IMG/VR virus record: IMGVR_UViG_3300037851_000476
Coordinates: 1 to 64,000 of that record
Strand: one strand, 5' to 3'
Source of the DNA: a virus
DNA: 64,000 nt
This document shows positions 60,601 through 64,000 of this stretch, piece after piece. How positions within the stretch are numbered: the first letter of the stretch is position 1; each line of letters starts with the position of its first letter. Made by a program: the position numbers and the translations under genes. The notes below the pieces were generated by a model that was not told the DNA's origin, made no database searches, and saw nothing but the letters and a program-made list of their open reading frames with translations.

Positions 60601-63321
60601 GAAAAATACGGGGCGCTGCAGTTCGGGTTCCAATCGGCTGACGAGGTGATGGAGTCGCTTGGCAAGGTCGATGCCCTGGTTAAGGAAAACGCCAAGGTGA
60701 AGGGCGCCCTCGCGCGGCGCGAGGAAATTACCGGATCCCTGTTGAAACGAGTCGTAGAGGCGAAGCTGCTGCCCGAGTCCGTCCTCAAGGATAAGCGCTA
60801 CTTCCACCACCAAGTCCTCGAATACCTGAACGACAAATTCGGGGCCGGCACCGGGGCCGGGGCCTTGCGTGTCGGCAAGCGCGGCTATCAGTTCGGCCGG
60901 ATCGAGAACGTGAAGGACTACAGCCTTGCCTATATCGAGTCCGAGTACGAGGTCATTGCGCACCAGATCAGCCAGATCGAGAAGCAGAAAAACCTCGATG
61001 AGATGAAGGCGGCCTATGACATCGCCAAGCGGCTGCGCGACAAGGCCAAGCAGATGAACTATGTGGCCGTTGTCGGCGGCCAGGAGAACATGAACCGGAT
61101 CAACCACCTGCGCGGGCTGATCGCTGAGATGAAGGGCTCCGGCGAAAAACTCGATTCGGGCGAAAAGGCGCAGCTCAAGGAGTGGGCCGAGGAAATCAGG
61201 GAACTCGACCCGACCATGCCGTACCGGCAGAGAATCGCCATCGGCTACGCCAAACTGAGTAAGGCGCTCGGCCTGAACGTCGATGAGGCCGACGTTGACG
61301 ATTACGCGATCGACATGGGCGAGATCGCCAAGTATGCGGAGTCCTCCGACGAGGCGCTGGCCATCCCGGCCAGGATGATTTTCAAGGCCATGGGCGAGCG
61401 CAACGCCTTTATTCAGGAAACCCTCGGCGGCAAGTTTGTCACCGAAACCGACCTCGCCCGCGATGAGAAGCCGATCGAGGGCTCGCAGGGCTGGACCGAA
61501 TGGGTGCCAAACCCCAGGAGCGCTTTCTACCTGACAGGCTCGATTCAGGATGCCACCGCCCAGCAGATCATCGCCGGAAGCCGCGAGCTGCAGGAAAGCG
61601 ACATCCATCCGGTCCTGGCCCGGGGGCGCGATGAAACCTGGATCATACCCCAGGAACTCGCCGCGGCGCTCGAATCCCGGCAGTTTTTCAACATGCCGCA
61701 TGAAACCATTGTCTCCCGGGTATCCGAAAAGACTCTCAACGCCTGGAAGCGGTGGGTACTGATTAACCCTATGCGGATCGTGAAGTACAACCTCAACAAC
61801 ACCTCCGGCGACTTCGACATCGCCTTCGCCTACGACCCGAAGATCCTGAAATACGCGAAGCAGGCGGCGGCCGACCTGTGGCGCTGGCACTACGGCAAGG
61901 AAATGACCCCGGCGCTCAAGTCCGAGCTGGACACCGCTCTGAGAGATGAGGTGATCGGCTCCGGCATGACGGTTCACGACATCCCCGATGTGCGCAACCA
62001 GGAGGGCCTGCAGCAGTTGGTGGATGCCATGGGGGCGGGACACCATTCGGCGTTGCGCACTATCGAAAAGTTCTGGCAGGGCTCGAAGAACTTCACGACT
62101 TGGCGCGAAAACGTCCTGCGGCTGGCGGCCTACCGCTACTTTAAGGCCAAAATCGGCGCCGGCAAGCGGGTCTACGGGGCGAGCCTCCCGGCCAAGGTCG
62201 ATGCCACGACCGACCCCGACCGTAAAGCCGCGCTTTTGTCCCGAGAGCTGGTGGGCGATTACGGGGCGCTTTCGCAGGGCGGGCAATGGCTGCGCCGTAA
62301 GCTGATACCCTTTTACAGTTGGTTGGAGATCAACGCTCCGCGTTACTACCGGCTGTATTCCAACTTGGCCGTCGAGGGGGAGTCCCGGGGGCGCGAGCTT
62401 CGAATGGGGGCCGTAGCCGCGAAGAAGGGGCTCCTCCTCTCGGCCAAGGTGTTCGCCGTGTACGCTGCGGCGCAGATGTTCAACCACCTGTTCTGGCCGG
62501 ATGAGGAGGAGGAGCTGGGGGAAACCGGCCGCCGACAGGCGCATTTGATCCTGGGCCGGCGCGAGGATGGATCGATCATCACCCTGCGCCTGCAGGGGGC
62601 GCTATCGGATGCCTTGAGCTGGTTAAACCTGCACGACTTCCCCGAGGACATGCGCGAGATCGCTACCGGCAAAAAGACCGTTTATCAATGGATGGCCGAG
62701 GCCGCCGTCGAGCCGGTCAACAAGATGGTGCAGGGGGTGCGACCGGAGATCAAGGCCCCCACCGAGCTTATCACCGGAAGGACCATCTACCCTGAATTTT
62801 GGAAGCCGCGCCCGATCCGCGACCGTGCGGAGTATGTGGCGCAGATGCTTTCAGCCGATTCCCTGTATCGTCGGGCCGCGGGGAAACCCCTACGGGGAGA
62901 CTCCGTTGAGCAGCGGGTGCTTTCAGACCTACTTTCGATTTTCACCTACTCGGCAGACCCAGGAGAAACCTCTTACTACAAGGCGCGAGATCTGGTGAAC
63001 GAGTATCTGAGGGGCCACAACCTCGAACGTCCCTTAGCGGACCCGACGAGCAGGGTAAACTCCCTTTTCTATTACAAACAGGCGATCAAGTACGGTGATG
63101 CCAAGGCCGCCGAAAAGTACCTGCAGCAATATAAGGATCTTGGCGGCGACATGAAAGGCATCCAGATGAGCGTGAAGCGAGCCCACCCGCTTGGGAACCT
63201 GCCGGCCGCCCATCGCAGCCGTTTTTTTAACTCCCTTGACGCCCAGGACCGCGAAACAGTAAAGCGGGCAACCGCGTGGTATCGAGACACCTATAAACAG
63301 GGAGGGAGGGAAGCGGCATGA
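51685..63321 (+). CDS. giant polyvalent protein (3,878 aa): HExxH module, N6-adenine DNA methyltransferase, SNF2/DEAD-type helicase, second HExxH module, long C-terminal region. DarB-like.
   Basis: HEWGH at 53389-53403. MTase motif I VIEPSSGIGHFFG (54913-) and motif IV SNVPFG (55111-55128). Helicase GTGKT (57025-57039), DEAH (57502-57513), ASGTPLTNS and QRNGRGWRFGN. HESFH at 59890-59904. The frame is uninterrupted. Confidence 0.85.
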   Translation: MTMSSLSVCLKRIGVGKHEDAILRAMAGDYVRDGYAAHEAAVSAVKDYIAELEKEREEILNQAKAAGWAEPTAAAPEAAPEATAITIEEGGPKPPRKPRQKRTAAEIVESAGAHGVKGIGEAVSGLYELFGGKSLKSFPGGIDEDTYAKAKPHFQKALEEFQAAGRDIKALVKWAYDNFSTKIKPYLRRFIAEKKADAVTAAAEEGGSGITIETPEEQGGKKKRGPKLQDTGEALGGKRSSKDHRTRTEAIEIELGGASENASAQQLVASLVKKTNRSNLFKIEHPVEGRTFGVKRFLNQVRNLTHTWHDRTSYDFGRYRRENAVKALERYAEDPKHYKDMTAKAAEYISVFEQLNDAVKTASTVAEARHGLLKAILGEELAEKFTDVDAMKEHFGGANPSRFFSTEQEKFTDMGKALVKWVEKPYAFGDMLFNGWLRFAANEGDQTKNLPIVRERKNIFEIETPETYRNGRDVTPEELIETFSLRGIDFGEWVEADFRQRSVNLTYDSFKMLAEALGANDKGISLSDTMRLGIGWGARGQGGKTAAAFWPGNRVIGLTKTKGDGSLAHEWGHAFDFMVNRENMIAQVDGREVHAIDDLKDALKNYYKVEDLENRLMDRLRGMWSSARNRTSRLQEAKNYLKNEAINDVREYTEFFNGARKLDGGLVGKYWSKKEEMWARSFEAYVADKLQGSNLYLVDEAFVAPGGVEQMFNRKDPAYPTAAERERFKQLFDDFFSQIEWSEDGVPKLKPDYVPVTTLEKQRAEKYINDLAERVDSIYEALYGGEQSEDGLYWYAYEQTSRGVAAQPKGYIAYDDSYKIETESAFAGTGAVAYSEPLKADDVLGYFLRSVKHDRNATTIELEVPDGTITDMGPRGIEALEEAPPEDVRPPAGAGVTGTGGVAGAGEGGGGGAGSDGVGGERGGGEGIGIDEVDLSPVGGGGADTSTGLDAVQSAPKLDYTIRPSSNLETTNVAERFNNNIAAIRTLKQIEAEGRMATAQEQDILVRYSGWGELANSLDSDPPRAWQGRAEIVHALLTDEEIQAARRSSLDAYYTPPSIGHSIYEGLQRLGFSGGKVIEPSSGIGHFFGTMPEDMRRNSVLTAVEMDSLTARIARQLYQTANVLNQPFEKTSVPDNFYDLSISNVPFGDQQIHDRKHNPEGFRIHDYFINKMVNITKPGGLVVAISSTGTMDKENSRARKVFSEKAELIGAIRLPNGIFPGAAAGADIIFLRKKGEGLVQLPKVADWVKADEITLPAVFDNGTSRGYTSTVPVNHYFAENKDNIIGPLAAGVNRYGQPQVYIQKQTDTDQKIAAAIDRLPASVYTTAQAPIDIDPASMIPEAGFVKDFAYYVGEDGKIYQNQGGNPKLQEDLSEDQINRVAAMIGMRDTIRSLLRSQALDNPENVIKRLRKRLNAEYDAFVDKYGPLNLRKNARLILQNPDAGLLFGLEHWDKTQQKVKQKAAIFFRNTVQRARPPKSAETSHEGLLHSLMWRGRVDLNYIGQLTGKTRDTVLSELKGRIFDDPEKGFVTSDEYLSGNVKQKLAAAKSAAEMDPKYKENVEALEIVQPLMIPAHEIGVKLGASWIPADVVRVFVNDLFGGHLGGFHIDHVIETGLWHPHFRGRTQAQAKRYEQTAKSHTVATDEFGTREVNLFGGTEYHRKGILDYALNGGFPEVYIEVVDDFGGTRRVKSARLTDAANAKLSALHARFSSWVAENESIQKKIEEVYNDRFNALVERKFDGGHLTFPGKVPDEVLALRPHQKNAVWRALQTGKTYFAHEVGTGKTFSMIGSIMESRRLGLAKKPMMIVKKATIEQIAGEFLRLYPGANILVLKIPENMEKRKRVMSRVATGDYDAVIINHDSFKRIPILPETEGEIINHELQRFARALEEAQAANAARHTIRDIERRVEQLRQKLAALADQERDPVPTIEEMGIDMVVVDEAHIHKNIGFPTKFANLKGVEPKESDIAFDLFMKTQYLHKRYGRGIIMASGTPLTNSVGELYNISRYLHPDDLDRLGISTFDAWAQTFGEMKKEAEYAPEGGGFKLTSRFARFVNVPELMALTRQNMDIKTADELSIPRPAIKNGKPEPVMVEQNEYVRQFQQILKSRVIEVRMRGPRAEYRGYNDNMLRIVTDGRLVAMDPRLYDTELPDYPETKTNEAVGRIHELYRQQVDAVENDPESKNYGKPYKEKRHLQLIFADRGVPGGEEKFNLYKDIKDKLVAKGVPAGEIAFIHDAKNDSQKLELFRKANAGEIRILIGSTGMMGIGVNVQQRVSNMHHLDVDWTYANYEQRNGRGWRFGNRVKEVGIYNYGTKQTVDAFMWSTVAFKERVLKQVMSNDPKIRHVEDISKTSIEASEMEGLLADDPLHKEKIELEDEVRRLSNIRSEYEASRRRARERLARVPLEIQAQEKAVENNHIHLQIAESINALQVGDQAFNLETEGAKANEAAKSIVLPVAGNRPVGQFGHLVTVETTVKEKDKKGEEVEKKVKSKRFLPIAAWLMGPHPGVGLYKIGQDVRYEYPTILANGVSRGLTNVKNGLEANRKEAFDKANSLRKEIPRLEKLLATPWDQENELAQKDQRLRQITEELLRRQDEEDARMRREIQEREAAGAEETDADDTDEVRLAVGDIALGKVAERGLGMQRGSVERIRELVPVVERAMRRAGLPQEAIDLVRIELKPIIDLSGRNVDQTLADWAAEGKTMSQILGATTMRKWTALVELSLEQDLRSLERTAYHESFHIAAKWLLPETDYDRIMQHYQSEEGAAEAFADFVSRRSGGQPAPIGALRRAFLKLRELLRQVGDFLRGRGWTNPEEIFGRLTAGKYPTHFEAWGQGETTTALRKSAPQASIIEQVTPAHVHERVKKAFGGIDRGPALQKIKEGLKEIVKTFTPGREYLAMNPKHFGKAYEILRNFKATKQYADRKALDSLREILDPKNMSKQDYELFTLKIALEDLARELGENGKYANWEAMVEKYGALQFGFQSADEVMESLGKVDALVKENAKVKGALARREEITGSLLKRVVEAKLLPESVLKDKRYFHHQVLEYLNDKFGAGTGAGALRVGKRGYQFGRIENVKDYSLAYIESEYEVIAHQISQIEKQKNLDEMKAAYDIAKRLRDKAKQMNYVAVVGGQENMNRINHLRGLIAEMKGSGEKLDSGEKAQLKEWAEEIRELDPTMPYRQRIAIGYAKLSKALGLNVDEADVDDYAIDMGEIAKYAESSDEALAIPARMIFKAMGERNAFIQETLGGKFVTETDLARDEKPIEGSQGWTEWVPNPRSAFYLTGSIQDATAQQIIAGSRELQESDIHPVLARGRDETWIIPQELAAALESRQFFNMPHETIVSRVSEKTLNAWKRWVLINPMRIVKYNLNNTSGDFDIAFAYDPKILKYAKQAAADLWRWHYGKEMTPALKSELDTALRDEVIGSGMTVHDIPDVRNQEGLQQLVDAMGAGHHSALRTIEKFWQGSKNFTTWRENVLRLAAYRYFKAKIGAGKRVYGASLPAKVDATTDPDRKAALLSRELVGDYGALSQGGQWLRRKLIPFYSWLEINAPRYYRLYSNLAVEGESRGRELRMGAVAAKKGLLLSAKVFAVYAAAQMFNHLFWPDEEEELGETGRRQAHLILGRREDGSIITLRLQGALSDALSWLNLHDFPEDMREIATGKKTVYQWMAEAAVEPVNKMVQGVRPEIKAPTELITGRTIYPEFWKPRPIRDRAEYVAQMLSADSLYRRAAGKPLRGDSVEQRVLSDLLSIFTYSADPGETSYYKARDLVNEYLRGHNLERPLADPTSRVNSLFYYKQAIKYGDAKAAEKYLQQYKDLGGDMKGIQMSVKRAHPLGNLPAAHRSRFFNSLDAQDRETVKRATAWYRDTYKQGGREAA
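54281..54559 (+). CDS. 92-aa helical protein encoded in the +1 frame inside the giant ORF (nested gene)
   Basis: GGAGG at 54270-54274 lies 6 nt before the ATG. The frame is bounded by TAG at 54263-54265 and TAG at 54557-54559. Third-position G/C is about 74/92 in this frame versus about 35/92 in the giant-ORF frame (hand count). Confidence 0.65.
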   Translation: MAQLQTWGHAALKHWKKHRPKMCAHLQEQGLLEQAALQAQERAVEAVLDLMGSGANVEEAKELVLTKLIYLPSEEEEPTLPPDLMPFSQPPS

Positions 63322-63752
63322 CGGTCGAAACTTTGCTCGGCAGCGGCGGCGTGGCCTTGCTTGGGGTTGTGGGATACTTTCTCAAGAAAACGCACGACAA
63401 AATAGATGCAACCGCCGCTGCCGTGGAAAGAATAGGCTCCGACGTTGATACGCGCATTGACAGGCTGGAAGATAAGCTCTCCGTTGAAACGAAGTCGGCT
63501 AGAACCGAAATTATTCATGTCTTTCAAGAGGTTTGCCACGAGCGGCAGGAGTCATGCGCGCGCCTGCGCGATGCGAAGCTCGCAACGACCGAGAACAGGG
63601 TGGAAGCGCAATGCAAAAAGATGCAGGCCATAATCGCCGATCGTGATCGCAAGTGGGAAAAGCAGGAAGCTCTAAACGAAAAATTCAAATCGCATATCTA
63701 CAAAACCAAGGATGGCGGGTCTTCCTGGGACTTGCAAAACGGCGACAAGTAG
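63318..63752 (+). CDS. N-terminally anchored coiled-coil membrane protein (i-spanin-like or other lysis/structural role)
   Basis: TM helix LLGSGGVALLGVVGYFL followed by a charged coiled coil. ATGA overlap with the giant ORF stop. Confidence 0.55.
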   Translation: MTVETLLGSGGVALLGVVGYFLKKTHDKIDATAAAVERIGSDVDTRIDRLEDKLSVETKSARTEIIHVFQEVCHERQESCARLRDAKLATTENRVEAQCKKMQAIIADRDRKWEKQEALNEKFKSHIYKTKDGGSSWDLQNGDK

Positions 63753-63810
63753 CCCCGCGAAATTGAAATGAAAGAACCCCCTTCTTTCGAAACAAGGGGC
63801 CTATTACACA

Positions 63811-64000
63811 ATGGCCGTCAAATGCGCCTATCGCGGGTGGCCGGTTTGCGCGGCAACCTCATTCAACGACCAACGCGAGTGCGAATGCTTCGAGAAATCG
63901 TCCATGGATGACCGTTGTTTTTACCGAATGCTGGGATCCTCGCAGGATTGTATGTCCTACCGAGCCCAGCAAATAACGCTTGATGCGGCAGGAAAAGGAG
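63811..64000 (+). CDS. partial Cys-rich ORF running off the window
   Basis: Hand translation MAVKCAYRGWPVCAATSFNDQRECECFEKSSMDDRCFYRMLGSSQDCMSYRAQQITLDAAGKG... has no stop before position 64000. Confidence 0.35.
   Translation, partial: MAVKCAYRGWPVCAATSFNDQRECECFEKSSMDDRCFYRMLGSSQDCMSYRAQQITLDAAGKG

Larger units (their letters stand above)
1..64000. mobile_element. temperate tailed-phage genome segment (prophage or permuted phage contig)
   Basis: Integrase plus att-like tRNA fragment, CI/Cro-like switch, RecT module, TerS/TerL, portal, scaffold, capsid, spike-like proteins and amidase. Coding is almost gap-free. Confidence 0.9.

Noticed and set aside
60538-62544. Very long antisense ORFs opposite the giant gene and other + strand genes. 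Examples: 60538..62544 (668 aa), 57415..58788 (457 aa), 55111..56193 (360 aa), 40386..41459 (357 aa), 17450..18364 (304 aa) and 44278..45099 (273 aa).
   Set aside because: Their products are Arg/Gly/Pro/Leu/Val-rich and low in Lys/Asn/Ile/Tyr. They fully overlap genes with recognisable motifs. Long stop-free antisense frames are expected in GC3-rich DNA.
51685-63321. The giant ORF as an N4-like virion RNA polymerase.
   Set aside because: No polymerase-type motifs were noticed. The recognisable motifs are methyltransferase (EPxxGxGxF, NVPFG) and SF2 helicase (GTGKT, DEAH).

Overview
GC-rich DNA with strong G/C bias at third codon positions. It reads as one temperate tailed-phage genome, either an integrated prophage or a circularly permuted phage contig, and is almost gap-free in coding. 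Layout: (1) 1-940: small + strand genes including a holin-like membrane protein. (2) 940-1110: attP-like region, a tRNA 3'-end fragment flanked by phased TTTTAGGAT repeats, next to a tyrosine integrase (1068-2228, minus). (3) 2340-7600: leftward early operon with RecT carrying a long Pro/Ala tail, a PD-(D/E)xK nuclease, an HNH endonuclease in a low-GC patch, and several Cys-rich small proteins. It is driven by a consensus sigma70-type promoter at 7625-7653. (4) 7825-8571: divergent CI-like / Cro-like switch. (5) 8618-11401: rightward early genes (winged-helix protein, replication initiator with internal iteron arrays, VRR-NUC). (6) 11409-17440: packaging genes (TerS, a 39-codon micro-ORF, TerL, small membrane ORFs, portal). 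(7) 17441-25665: accessory cassette abutting the portal stop codon. It holds a wbpB-wbpD-wbpE-like UDP-sugar pathway, GT4 glycosyltransferase, SAM methyltransferase, deacetylase-like protein, amidase, an Acb2/Tad1-like small protein and a secreted FN3-like protein, and is closed by a strong terminator. (8) 25782-51688: scaffold, major capsid and about 25 virion-module genes, including two beta-helix spike-like proteins, a His-rich tandem-repeat fibre-like protein and long coiled-coil or low-complexity proteins. (9) 51685-63321: one 3,878-codon ORF with a HExxH module, N6-adenine methyltransferase, SNF2/DEAD-type helicase, second HExxH module and long C-terminal region, resembling P1 DarB and polyvalent proteins. 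The most unusual observation is a 92-codon gene with its own Shine-Dalgarno site nested out of frame inside that giant ORF. The genome-typical codon bias follows the nested frame, and the giant ORF reads the same bases as a Gly-rich linker. No rRNA, complete tRNA or CRISPR array was seen. All family names are from motif recognition by eye, with no database search.
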